From positions 1,184 to 65,183 of the forward strand of contig JBKQTH010000136.1 in the NCBI GenBank assembly GCA_052143275.1: a DNA stretch of 64,000 nucleotides, read 5' to 3'. Both the position numbers and the translations under genes were made by a program. Positions 24,572 through 34,399 of the stretch are shown in pieces. The notes under the pieces were generated by a model. The model was not told the DNA's origin. It made no database searches and was given only the letters and a program-made list of their open reading frames with translations. The first letter of the stretch is position 1, and every line of letters begins with the position of its first letter. The stretch comes from Ktedonobacterales bacterium. Its GTDB lineage: Bacteria; Chloroflexota; Ktedonobacteria; Ktedonobacterales; JADMIN01.

Positions 24572-25797
24572 ATGCGGAGAACGATGTGCGCGGCGCCTTT
24601 ACCGCGGGTATTCCCTCGCGTGACTACAGGACTAGTCGTACTGGTCATGATGGCTTCACTGCTGGCCTGCGCCCCGTCTGTCGCTGTCTACAGCTCGCGT
24701 CCTACAGCAACCGCGACCCCAGCCTTCACGTCGGTGCCAACCAATCGTTATGTGGACGCCAAGCTGGGCTTCAGCATTGAGCTTCCCGGCGTGGGCTGGA
24801 GTGCCAGCCCGGAACCCGGGCTACAGGATGCACCACACATCTCCGCGGTCACTCTACTTGGCGACGAGCAGACTAGCCACCAGCAAGTCGTGATAGGCGT
24901 CTTCGAGAGTAGCGCTATGCCGGCGGCCTTTGCCGTGCGCGGCACGGCAACGACTCACATCGGCCCTTATCCTGCCTTTGCCGATGACCGGATGCAGGGG
25001 CTCGCGCGTGATCCTTGCCTGGTGCGCATTTTCCTGGCGCATGACGACTACGTTATGGCGACATGGTGCTCCGCCGACGCCGCAGCTCATACCACTGAGT
25101 TCGAGCAGTTGCTCGCCACGTACCTACCAGCTGCTCCTGGCTTTGTTTCCGATCCACAGCCGGCACCAGCGCCGGAGGACTGCGATGCGGTTAAGGCAAC
25201 GCTCGGCTATAATAGCGGCGCAACCGGGTGGGGCTCTATCCTTGCCACTCCCACGCGGCTGGCTCCAGCAGGTGGCTGGTACAGCTGTCGCCAGCCACCT
25301 ATATATGCAGCAATACTGGCTCCACTGATCTCTACCTCTTTCAGTGCACCGAATTGGTCAATCGCTTTCTCTATGAGCAATGGGCATTGCCTCACATACC
25401 AGGCAACGCCGCACGCTACTTCGACTACTACCAGAATGGGCAGCTGCATCCCGGTGTCATACGCGATTTGCCTGCCGGCACATATCAGCTGTCCAGCGAC
25501 GCCAGCCAGAGCAGCAGCTCATTTGCTCCTCAGGTAGGTGACTTGTTGGTCTTTCAGGATGTGAACGACCCCAGCGCCGGCTGGACCTCCGGCCTGACTG
25601 ACTCGCCTGGCCACATCGCTATCATCACCGGCACCGATGCAACTCATGTATATGTAGCTCAGGAAAATTACAACGATACGCAATATTTCCTGGCCCTACC
25701 GCTCACCAAGGTAGCTGACGGCTGGCACATCACCGACCTGAGCGGCCTCCCTAACCGTATCGTGCGCGGTTGGATTCGCCTCACCCCCGATGTGTAA
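24572..25797 (+). pseudogene. CHAP-domain (Cys/His amidohydrolase/peptidase) lipoprotein gene split across two frames. This is either a true frameshift or a sequencing indel.
   Basis: Frame A (24572 onward) carries the lipoprotein signal LVVLVMMASLLAC and a plausible domain, then decays into non-protein-like sequence after about 25290. Frame B (open from 25216; first start GTG at 25228) carries the CHAP catalytic Cys (LFQCTELVNRFL) and His (PGHIAIITG) but has no signal peptide. Confidence 0.6.
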
Positions 25798-25968
25798 CCA
25801 GAACACAACCTTTCCTCAGCTTGCCTGGAAATCTATCGTTCCCTTCCCTGCCCCCCACCTAATCACCATTGGGCGTAATCACCACTCGGCACAGTGACAG
25901 AGCACCTAGGTCAAGACTACCCTCGCTGGCACCAGTCTCTAGTGTCAGCATAAGTACCTGGCTCTGCA

Positions 25969-28900
25969 TTACTCCGGCCAGGCGACGCGCTTCCAAATTC
26001 TGCGCCTCAATCTATCTATCCAGTTAGAGCGCTTTGTCCTCTCCGCCATTGGTAGATCTGTCTCCTGTGAGCGCTTTCTCTTCTTCTTACCCCTGCGCTT
26101 GTCCGGGGCAGTAGCCTCGGGTAGGTCCGCCTCCGAGGATCCACCGGCATGAGCGTCAACTTGCCCGCTGCCATAGTCGCTTCCGGGCTCTGGTGAAACT
26201 GGTGTATCAGTCAAGGTAAGAGTGCGTAGAACGGGCTCAAGATCTTCGATACTGGTACCCCGTAGTTCGGTGGTATCGGACGCTGCGACTGGCTGGACCG
26301 CGGTTGGCGGCAGGGGTGACACCGGCGGTGCAGCCGGTGCGGACGGCAAAATGTTGGAGCGGAATACCGGCGGAATCAGCGCCGAACCAGGAGCGGGGCT
26401 GATTCCGCCAGCTTCTCCCGTCTCTTCTCGGCGTTCCGCCTCTAGGGAAGGCGACGATGCAACGGTTGGATCGCCCAGTTGCCTGCTCGCCGGGCTCTCG
26501 ATTGGCTCGTGCTTGATCTGTGAGATTAATTCGTCAAGCGTTCCCAGCCTTGGTGCAACCTCTAGCGCGCGGCGCAACTGAGTAATGGCTTCGTCCAGCA
26601 ATCCATGCTGATAGAGTGCGCTGGCATACGCGATATAGACACTGGCTTCGTCAGGCGCCAAATCAATGCAATGAGCGTACTCTGCCAGAGCTTCGTCTGT
26701 GCGTCCCAGCTCGTCCAAGAGCGCCGCCAGGGTGAGCCGCGATTGAATTGCACCTGGCCGCAACACCAATGCCTCGAGCAGCCATTCTTCGGCGGCTTCG
26801 TATTCCCCCCACTCCCGAAGGGTTTCGGCATAGTAGTGCAAAGTCCGCGTGCTACGCGGATTGAGTGCATAGGCACGCTCGAAAGTAGCTCGCGCCTCGT
26901 CTCGGTGGCCCAGAGCTGCATGTACGATTGCCAGTTCGAGCTCAGCCTCGGCATCATTGGGCGCAAGTCTAACCGCATGCAAGAAGTGGCTCAAGGACTC
27001 TTCCCAGCGTTCCTGGCGAGCCAGGAAGCGAGCGTAGCCGAGTCGTGGTATGGCATTCTCCGGCTCCAGCGCCAGCGCGCGCCGGTAGTGATCCTCGGCC
27101 TCCTCCTCACGACCAGTATCTGAAAGCAAGATACCAAAGTGAAAGTGGGTCTCCCAGTCATCAGAATTTACTGCCAGCGCGCGGCGGTAATAGTCTTCCG
27201 CCTCTCCAGTGCGCAATTCGCTATCGAGCAGATTGGCGAGCCCGATGAGCGCATCGATATATCCCGGTTGTTCCGCAAGCACGAGGCGATAAGCTTGCTC
27301 AGCTTCCTCCGTGCGATCCAGCACGCTCAGGAGGTCAGCTTCGATCATCTTGACTCTCAGGTCGTCCGGACGGCGGGCACGCGCACGGCGCAACGCACCG
27401 AGCGCTTCGTCCGAGCGACCCATTCGATGCAGCAGCAATCCAAAATTGATGAGAGTGACATCGTCGCCCGGCTCGTGCTCCAGAGCTCGACGGTACAGTC
27501 GTTCAGCCTCATCCGGCTGACCCTGGCGTGCCAGGACATTCGCAAGGTTTACCAGCACGCTGGTATCCTCGGGATGACGTATCAATGCCTCGCGGAAAAA
27601 CGCTTCAGCTCCGGCCGAGTCCTGATCCGCGGCCTGCGCATAGAGTTCGGCGGCAGCCTGGGGCTGGCCACGTAACTCCAATAGCTGCGCAAGCTCCATC
27701 AATGGCGCGGCGGAATTCGGCGCTCGGAGGATGGACTGCCGGAGCTCGCGTTCGGCTTCTTGCCATCGCTCCTGCACCTCCAGAAGTTGTGCATATTCGA
27801 TGCGTAATGCGGCAGACTCCGGGCTGAGCTGTATAGCGCGCTGAAACTGCGCTTCGGCCTCGGCCAGTCTGCCGGCATCGCTGAGGACCTTGGCAAATGA
27901 GCCAACCAGCTCCATCACGTCGGGCTGCAGCCTCACCGACACCTCCAGCTCAGCTGCTGCAAGATCGGGTTTTCCCTGGCGGGCAAGATTCAAGCCATAA
28001 GCCAGGCGCGCCCCAGCATCGTTAGGTAGTGCCTCTGCTGCCTGGCGAAGCAGCGCCTCCGCCTCTTCATAGCGCTCTCGCTTTTCCAACGTGTTTCCCA
28101 GTGCCAGTGCAATGTGCGCATCTGCTGGATTCAAGCTTTGTGCCATGCGCAGCAGCGCTTCTGCCTCGTCAATCCAGCCCATGCGGCTCCGTACCCCGGC
28201 CAGTTGCAATAGCAGCAGGGGCGAGTCCGGCTCGATGCCCACAGCCTGACGTAGCAGTCGCTCCGCATCTAACGGCTTGCCCCGTTCGAGCCGTACCAGC
28301 GCGAGTCGCGCGAGCGCCGAACTCTGGCTGCTAGAATCACGCTGCTCCGTCGCCAAGTCGAGGGCCCGCTGAAATTGCAGCTCGGCCCCTTCGAGATGAT
28401 GTTGCTTAAGGAGCTTAAGTCCCCAGGCCAGATTGACCTCGGGCTGATCGGGGGCCATCTCACGGGCACGGGTGAATAGCTCGAGCGCTTCATCGGTCTG
28501 ATTGGCTTCGTCGAGTAGTTGTGCCAGCATTACCAGGGCCATCGGACTCACGGGCAAGCGGCGAAGCGCCTCGCGGCGAACCTCAATGGCTTCTCCCAGG
28601 CGCTGCTCCTCTCGGCGCAGCGCCACCAGACGAGAACGTGCCAGCTCGTCATTTGGATCCAGTTCCAGAGCCCGACGCAGCACACCTTCGGCACGTGCAT
28701 GCTGTCCAAGCTCAAGGAGCGCAGTACCGAGAAGCCGGGCAATTTGAGCATTCTCTGGATAGCGCTCTATCGCATGTCGTAATAAGGGCTCAGCTTCGTT
28801 CCAGCGACGCTCATTCATGTAGAGCACTGCAAGATTGACCAGCGCCGGCATCTGGTCGGGCTCGTGCTGCAACATCCATTGAAAGTAGGCTTCAGCACGC

Positions 28901-30024
28901 GTGGGATCCTTGGCACAGGCTTCTCGAAAGAGCCGCTCAGCTTCAGTATGCGCCCCTTGCTCGTCAAGGACCGCGCAGAGTTGCATCAGCGCAATGCTAT
29001 CTCCCGGGTCTAGCTCGATCGCCATCCGCAGCTCCGCTTCCGCGCTGGTAAGATCACGCCGGCGCGCCAGCAGTACTCCAAATTGGCGGTGTACTCGGGC
29101 ATTCTTATCGTCTAGCGCAAGGGCACGGCGCAGTAATTTGCCCGCTTCAACCAATTCGTCTTGGTCCATGTCCACGATAGCCAGAGTCAACAACATCGAC
29201 GGGTCATCAGGGTTGAGTTCACATGCCTGCCGCAATTGGGCGGTAGCATCCTCTTGCTCACCCTCACGTACCAGCAACACGCCATAATTGTAATGAGCGG
29301 TAACGCTGTTGGGATTGAGCTCTATGGCTCGTTCGTAGTGGCGACGCGCCTCCTGGCGTTGTCGCTGGTCATCGAGAATATTGGCCAACAGAACATGAGC
29401 ATCAGCATTCTCTGGCGCCAACTGCAGCAATTCCTCTACTAGCGAGCGGGCGCCAACAAGATCGCTTCGACGAGCCTGAACCCGTGCCAGGGCAGTGAGC
29501 GCCTCGATGTTACCTGGATTATTCTCTAATACCGCCTGCAGACAACGTTCCGCTTCTATAGGGTTGAATTCGACGACAGTGTCGGCCAGAGCAAACAGCG
29601 CATCGCCATCGTGTATGCGTTCTAGCTCAGTTCGGAGCGCACTTACCAACCAGGTGCTGTCACCGAGGAAGAGTTCCTGTATCTCTGCCAGTCTCTTTTG
29701 CCTGGTATGCACCGGACGCGATGTGCCACCCGCCTCTGGCAAGGTTGCAGACGCTGGCTCCAGCCACTCGCTCTCACCATTGCCGCGCCGTCTATAGCTG
29801 CCGCTATCCTCAAGTTGCCAGGCACCACGATACCAATCGTCCAGCGTAAGTGACGTCCCGAAAGCACGAGCTGCTGCTAGCACGCGCGGGCGAGAAAACG
29901 GCGAGATGCCAGCCGCTTCCAGCAGGCGAAGAGCCGCTTGAACCTGCTGAAGTGACAGATTCTGGGCGCCTTCTGGCAATTCAACCGGCTGCCGCATCTG
30001 GAACCTCCACGCGCTCACACTCAC
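25969..30024 (-). CDS. Giant TPR-repeat protein (1351 aa) with a Pro-rich region and a highly basic C-terminal tail
   Basis: Repeated 34-aa units (e.g. AEA-Y-RAL-L-P-D/N) fill roughly residues 150-1165. The C-terminus is KRRGKKKRKRSQ...RTKRSNWIDRLRRRIWKRVAWPE. Confidence 0.9.
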   Translation of the reverse strand: MSVSAWRFQMRQPVELPEGAQNLSLQQVQAALRLLEAAGISPFSRPRVLAAARAFGTSLTLDDWYRGAWQLEDSGSYRRRGNGESEWLEPASATLPEAGGTSRPVHTRQKRLAEIQELFLGDSTWLVSALRTELERIHDGDALFALADTVVEFNPIEAERCLQAVLENNPGNIEALTALARVQARRSDLVGARSLVEELLQLAPENADAHVLLANILDDQRQRQEARRHYERAIELNPNSVTAHYNYGVLLVREGEQEDATAQLRQACELNPDDPSMLLTLAIVDMDQDELVEAGKLLRRALALDDKNARVHRQFGVLLARRRDLTSAEAELRMAIELDPGDSIALMQLCAVLDEQGAHTEAERLFREACAKDPTRAEAYFQWMLQHEPDQMPALVNLAVLYMNERRWNEAEPLLRHAIERYPENAQIARLLGTALLELGQHARAEGVLRRALELDPNDELARSRLVALRREEQRLGEAIEVRREALRRLPVSPMALVMLAQLLDEANQTDEALELFTRAREMAPDQPEVNLAWGLKLLKQHHLEGAELQFQRALDLATEQRDSSSQSSALARLALVRLERGKPLDAERLLRQAVGIEPDSPLLLLQLAGVRSRMGWIDEAEALLRMAQSLNPADAHIALALGNTLEKRERYEEAEALLRQAAEALPNDAGARLAYGLNLARQGKPDLAAAELEVSVRLQPDVMELVGSFAKVLSDAGRLAEAEAQFQRAIQLSPESAALRIEYAQLLEVQERWQEAERELRQSILRAPNSAAPLMELAQLLELRGQPQAAAELYAQAADQDSAGAEAFFREALIRHPEDTSVLVNLANVLARQGQPDEAERLYRRALEHEPGDDVTLINFGLLLHRMGRSDEALGALRRARARRPDDLRVKMIEADLLSVLDRTEEAEQAYRLVLAEQPGYIDALIGLANLLDSELRTGEAEDYYRRALAVNSDDWETHFHFGILLSDTGREEEAEDHYRRALALEPENAIPRLGYARFLARQERWEESLSHFLHAVRLAPNDAEAELELAIVHAALGHRDEARATFERAYALNPRSTRTLHYYAETLREWGEYEAAEEWLLEALVLRPGAIQSRLTLAALLDELGRTDEALAEYAHCIDLAPDEASVYIAYASALYQHGLLDEAITQLRRALEVAPRLGTLDELISQIKHEPIESPASRQLGDPTVASSPSLEAERREETGEAGGISPAPGSALIPPVFRSNILPSAPAAPPVSPLPPTAVQPVAASDTTELRGTSIEDLEPVLRTLTLTDTPVSPEPGSDYGSGQVDAHAGGSSEADLPEATAPDKRRGKKKRKRSQETDLPMAERTKRSNWIDRLRRRIWKRVAWPE

Positions 30025-30140
30025 CCCCGCAGCGTCGGCTGCTGCCTATAGGGATCTGAGCTTGACCAGTCTGCCTATTCTAATCGCCCAGACCTACCGA
30101 CAGCAAGTGGTTGCAGCAAGCCGCGCATTGCAGGGCAGAG

Positions 30141-31865
30141 CTAAAACCGCTTGGGCAGCTGTCGCCCGGCGAGGCGTGTTGGCGCTTGGCTTGGAGGCGG
30201 GGCAGAATCTTCCGCTGCCGCATCGGGAGCGTGATGTGGCGATTTGGTTTCTGCCCACGCGCTGTAGCCTCCGTCGTAGCACGTCACCTGGCCGTCGTGT
30301 ACCTCTATGATACGGTCGGCAATGCGGTCAAGGAAGTACCGGTCGTGTGAGATCACCACTACCGTCCCCATATAGTCCTCCAGCGCATCTTCAAGTGCCT
30401 CAGCGGAGTCGATATCAAGATGATTGGTCGGTTCATCCAGTGCGAGAAAGTTGGCGTTGCCAAGCATTAGGAGAAGGAGCGCCAGCCGGCTCCGCTCACC
30501 GCCGCTCAGGGTACGGATGGGCTCCCGAACTTGCTGGTAGGAAAAGAGAAATTTGCCAAGCAGGGCGACGGCCTGGTTCTCGTAATACGGTCGAGCGGCG
30601 CGCACCAGCTCAATTGGAGTCGCACCGAGATCCAGCGTCTCATGTCCCTGAGCGAAATAGCCGGTTTCGATGCTCGGGCCAACCCACCGCTCGCCATCAA
30701 CCGGCTGCAACTCACCAGTCAATAGCTTGCAGAGGACACTCTTACCGGCGCCATTGGCGCCAACGATCCCGACTCGCTCGCCCCGGCGCAGCAACAGGTT
30801 GACGTCCAGTAGGACCAGCCGGTCGTCAAATGCTGCGCTAACATCACGTAACTCAATTACCTTGTGACCTCCCCGTGTCGCACTGTGCAATTGCAGCGCC
30901 ATTTTGCGGCGCCCAAGCACCGGCCGTTCCACCTTCTCCATGGCATCTATTTGACGCTGTTTGTTACGCGCCTGCTTGATGTGCCGTTCGTTTGCTACCC
31001 AACTCGCCCATAGCTTGAAGCGCGCAATAGCCTCTTCCAGTCGATCGATCTCCTTTTGTTGCGCAACATAAAGTTCCTTCTGGCGCAGCAAAGCTACCTG
31101 GCGTGCCAGAGTATAGGCGGAGTAGTTACCAGGCCACATTTTAATCTTACCGCCGTCCAGTTCGGCGATCTGGTTGACCGTCTCATCCAGCAGATAACGA
31201 TCATGAGAGACAATAATCACTGCACCATCGAACTCCTGGATGAGCGCTTCCAGCTGCTGGCGGTGTGACAAGTCGAGATGGGTCTCGGGCTCATCCAGCA
31301 GCAAGAGCTCCGGACGCTGCACCAGGCAAGCCGCAAGCGCCACCAGCTTACGCTGCCCGCCACTAAGCTCCGCCATTGACTGGGTCATGGCGGTGCCGTC
31401 GAATCCAAGCGCGCGCAGGTGGTTGCGGGCCTCGCCCAGAAAACCAGGTCCGCCCAGCTCGTCAAAGCGGGCCAGAAGCTGTTCCTGGCGCACGAGCACC
31501 CGCTCCATATGCACCATATCGGCTATAACCTCCGGGTCTGCCAGCTCGATTTCACAGGTGTGTAACTGTTCTTCAATCTTCGCCAGGTCAGTGCGTGCCG
31601 ATTGCAGCAGTTCCAGCGGAGTCTCCTGTCCGCCCACAATGTGCTGAGGCAGATAGGCGGCACGAAGACCTTTGCGCTTCGAAAACTCGCCTGCCTGTAC
31701 ATCTTCAAGTCCCGCGATGATGCGCAGCAAGGTAGATTTGCCGGCGCCATTGGGACCAACTAGACCAATACGCCCTTGCTCCTGCACGGCAAAATCGAGT
31801 TCATGCAGGATGCGCCTTCCGCCATAAAACTTGGTTACTCCATGAATGTTGACCAGTAGCATCAT
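30141..31865 (-). CDS. ABC-F family ATPase (two tandem ABC domains, no TM domain)
   Basis: Walker A GPNGAGKST and GANGAGKSV. Signatures LSGGQRKL and LSGGERSRL. Walker B LLLLDEPETHLD and FLALDEPTNHLD. A charged interdomain linker is present. AGGAGAG RBS. Confidence 0.92.
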   Translation of the reverse strand: MMLLVNIHGVTKFYGGRRILHELDFAVQEQGRIGLVGPNGAGKSTLLRIIAGLEDVQAGEFSKRKGLRAAYLPQHIVGGQETPLELLQSARTDLAKIEEQLHTCEIELADPEVIADMVHMERVLVRQEQLLARFDELGGPGFLGEARNHLRALGFDGTAMTQSMAELSGGQRKLVALAACLVQRPELLLLDEPETHLDLSHRQQLEALIQEFDGAVIIVSHDRYLLDETVNQIAELDGGKIKMWPGNYSAYTLARQVALLRQKELYVAQQKEIDRLEEAIARFKLWASWVANERHIKQARNKQRQIDAMEKVERPVLGRRKMALQLHSATRGGHKVIELRDVSAAFDDRLVLLDVNLLLRRGERVGIVGANGAGKSVLCKLLTGELQPVDGERWVGPSIETGYFAQGHETLDLGATPIELVRAARPYYENQAVALLGKFLFSYQQVREPIRTLSGGERSRLALLLLMLGNANFLALDEPTNHLDIDSAEALEDALEDYMGTVVVISHDRYFLDRIADRIIEVHDGQVTCYDGGYSAWAETKSPHHAPDAAAEDSAPPPSQAPTRLAGRQLPKRF

Positions 31866-32305
31866 TTGCTCTCCTATTTTCTACAGTTGTTCTCTGGAGT
31901 AAGAGCGCAGTGGATTAGCACAGAGGTGCAGCGTACTCTCGCGGCACTTCGGGGGAAACTAGGGCAGTCTACGTGTAGCAACCCAAAGAGCAGCGGCCGC
32001 GACCCCTGTACTGGCCACGACCGCTGCTCTTACGTGCGTCTTGTTGGACTGCTAAAGCCTTACACCAAGCGAGCTGAGTTCTGGGCACAGTACGGCATAA
32101 AACACAGCTATATCGCTGCCTTTAATAGTGCCATTGCTGCACTGAAAGCCCACTGGATACATGAATTCTTGCTCCCCTTGGGGATAAGAGGCGGAGAAAC
32201 ACTTCTGCCGCCAACATTACGGCGCAAGCGTACCACGCCAGCGCCGTGGAGGTCAAGCCAAGCCATCTGGCGCAGCCGTCTCGCCTGGATTCTTGAGGTG
32301 TGTAG

Positions 32306-34339
32306 CTATTTCTCGGCGCGCTGCTTCTTGTATTCGTCGATGATTTGCTGCTGAATGTGAGCAGGCACCTCCTCGTAGCCGGAAAGCTCCATCGAGAACG
32401 TGCCTCTGCCCTGAGTGATAGAGCGCAGATCGGTGGCGTAATGCAACATCTCCGCCATAGGGACTTGAGCGGTAATGCGCTGCTGGCCATCGCCGATCGA
32501 CTCCATCCCCAGGATACGCGCACGCTTGGTATTTAGATCTGAGTTTACATCGCCCATATTGGCTTCCGGCACTTCGATCACCGCTGTCATAATCGGCTCC
32601 AGCAGGGCTGGGGTGGCCAACGCGACGGCTTCTTTCATACCGATGTGTGCGGCGGTCTCAAATGCTTGGGAGGATGAGTCCACTGGGTGATATTTGCCAT
32701 CGACCAGCGCAACCCGTATGTGTACCACGGGGCAGCCGGCAATGAAACCCTGCTTGAGCGATTCTGCTACCCCTTTCTCAACACCGGGAACGTATTCCTT
32801 CGGCACCACACCGCCAACGATCTTGTTTTCAAATACATAGGTTTCATCACTGCCCACTAGAGGCTCAATCTCCAGCCAGATGTCCGCGAATTGACCGTGC
32901 CCTCCACTCTGTTTCTTGTGCCGTCCCTCGGCCCGTGCTTTCTTCTTTATTGTCTCACGGTAGGGCACCTTGCGATCGTGCTTGATGACGTCGACCCCAT
33001 AGCGCCGCTGCATACGCTCAAGTGCGATATCGATATGCGATTCACCCATGCCGGAAAGCAGTGTTTCAGCGGTTTCGGGATCGCGTGCCACGATTAGAGT
33101 GGGATCTTCTTCGGTTAGTCGCGAGAGCGCGGTACCCATCTTATCCAGATCGCTCTGGGTCTTCGCCGTCACTGAGGCGGTAAAGATTGGCTTCGGCAGA
33201 TTGATCGGAGGCAAAACGTGTGAGTCTTTGGCTCCCAGCGTGTCGCCCGTGTGGGTACCGCTGAGTTTGACCACCGCGCCAATATCGCCGGTCGGCACCT
33301 CGGCCACGCTCTCCTGTGCCTTGCCGCGCATCGAGTAGAGTTGCCCCAGCCGCTCGTCCGCATTGCTGCTAAGATTGATGACATGACTGTCGGACTTGAG
33401 GCTGCCGCTGTAGGTACGGAAAAAGGTCTGCTGTCCTTTCTGCGGATCCACGACCGTCTTAAAGACAAAAGCAGTCGCTCCCGCGGTACCCGTAGGGCTT
33501 CGGACTGCCGCGCTGGGCAGGTAATCGGTGATAGCATCGAGCAGCGTCTGGATGCCGATGTTTAGCGCGCAAGATCCTGCCAGTACTGGTACCAGCGAAT
33601 TCGCAGCCACGGCCTTCTTGATGGCCTGGCGCAGCTCATCCTCTGCGATCTCTTCTCCTTCAAGGTACTTTGCCATGAGCTCATCATCGCTTTCGATGGC
33701 ACGTTCGACCAGCTGTTCCCGATATCCAGCGGCGGTTGCCGCGAGACTTTGCGGCATATCAATGGGAACAACTTTGGTTCCCGAGAAGCTGAAGGCTTTG
33801 CCGGAAACCAGGTCCACTACTCCCGATAATGCACTCTGCTCGCCGATTGGCATCGAGAGTGGAGCGATGGAGCTACCAAAGTGGGATCTTAGGGACGCAA
33901 GCGCCTTCTCATAGCTGGTATTGTCCCGGTCCAGCTTGTTTATGAAAACCAGACGAGGCAAATGGTCCTGGTTGGCATACTTCCAGACTAACTCAGTGCC
34001 GATCTCGGCTCCTTTGTCGGCGGAGACCACGACAACAGCGGCATCCGCGACCCGAAGAGCGGCCCTAACCTCGCCCACGAAATCGGCATAGCCAGGAGTG
34101 TCGAGGAAATTAATCTTGTTATGTCGCCATTCAGTAGGAATGACTGCCAGATTGATAGACATGTGGTGCTTGATCTCATCAGGGTCGGAGTCTGATGCAG
34201 ACGTTCCCTCGTCGACTTTGCCGATGCGGTTTGCTGCGCCACTGTCATAGAGCGCCGCATCCACTAGCGAGGTCTTTCCGGAGCCGCCATGAGAGATGAG
34301 GACAACATTGCGAATCTGCTCCGCGAGATAGACGTTCAT
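32306..34339 (-). CDS. Elongation factor G paralogue (EF-G II-like translational GTPase)
   Basis: G1 is SHGGSGKTS. G3 is DTPGYADF, with Tyr in place of the canonical His (codon 34088-34090). G4 is NKLD. EF-G domains III-V are recognisable (GELHIDIALERM-like ...GESHIDIALERMQRRYGV, GGHGQFADIWLEIEP). The ATG at 34339 has AAAGGAG upstream. Confidence 0.9.
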   Translation of the reverse strand: MNVYLAEQIRNVVLISHGGSGKTSLVDAALYDSGAANRIGKVDEGTSASDSDPDEIKHHMSINLAVIPTEWRHNKINFLDTPGYADFVGEVRAALRVADAAVVVVSADKGAEIGTELVWKYANQDHLPRLVFINKLDRDNTSYEKALASLRSHFGSSIAPLSMPIGEQSALSGVVDLVSGKAFSFSGTKVVPIDMPQSLAATAAGYREQLVERAIESDDELMAKYLEGEEIAEDELRQAIKKAVAANSLVPVLAGSCALNIGIQTLLDAITDYLPSAAVRSPTGTAGATAFVFKTVVDPQKGQQTFFRTYSGSLKSDSHVINLSSNADERLGQLYSMRGKAQESVAEVPTGDIGAVVKLSGTHTGDTLGAKDSHVLPPINLPKPIFTASVTAKTQSDLDKMGTALSRLTEEDPTLIVARDPETAETLLSGMGESHIDIALERMQRRYGVDVIKHDRKVPYRETIKKKARAEGRHKKQSGGHGQFADIWLEIEPLVGSDETYVFENKIVGGVVPKEYVPGVEKGVAESLKQGFIAGCPVVHIRVALVDGKYHPVDSSSQAFETAAHIGMKEAVALATPALLEPIMTAVIEVPEANMGDVNSDLNTKRARILGMESIGDGQQRITAQVPMAEMLHYATDLRSITQGRGTFSMELSGYEEVPAHIQQQIIDEYKKQRAEK

Positions 34340-34399
34340 AAGGGAGCTGCTCCTTTCTTGCAATCGTTTAGCTAGCTGTATCCAGACGGCAACCGAGCT

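Noticed and set aside
26605-27675. Two plus-strand ORFs of about 175 aa (26605-27123 and 27139-27675) inside the TPR gene
   Set aside because: They are antisense shadow frames of the repetitive TPR coding region.
31866-32354. 162-aa plus-strand ORF in the EF-G II / ABC-F spacer
   Set aside because: It has implausible Cys/Trp/Arg-rich composition and overlaps the EF-G II 3' end. The region is better explained as an intergenic spacer with hairpins (32191-32213 and 31990-32031) acting as minus-strand terminators.
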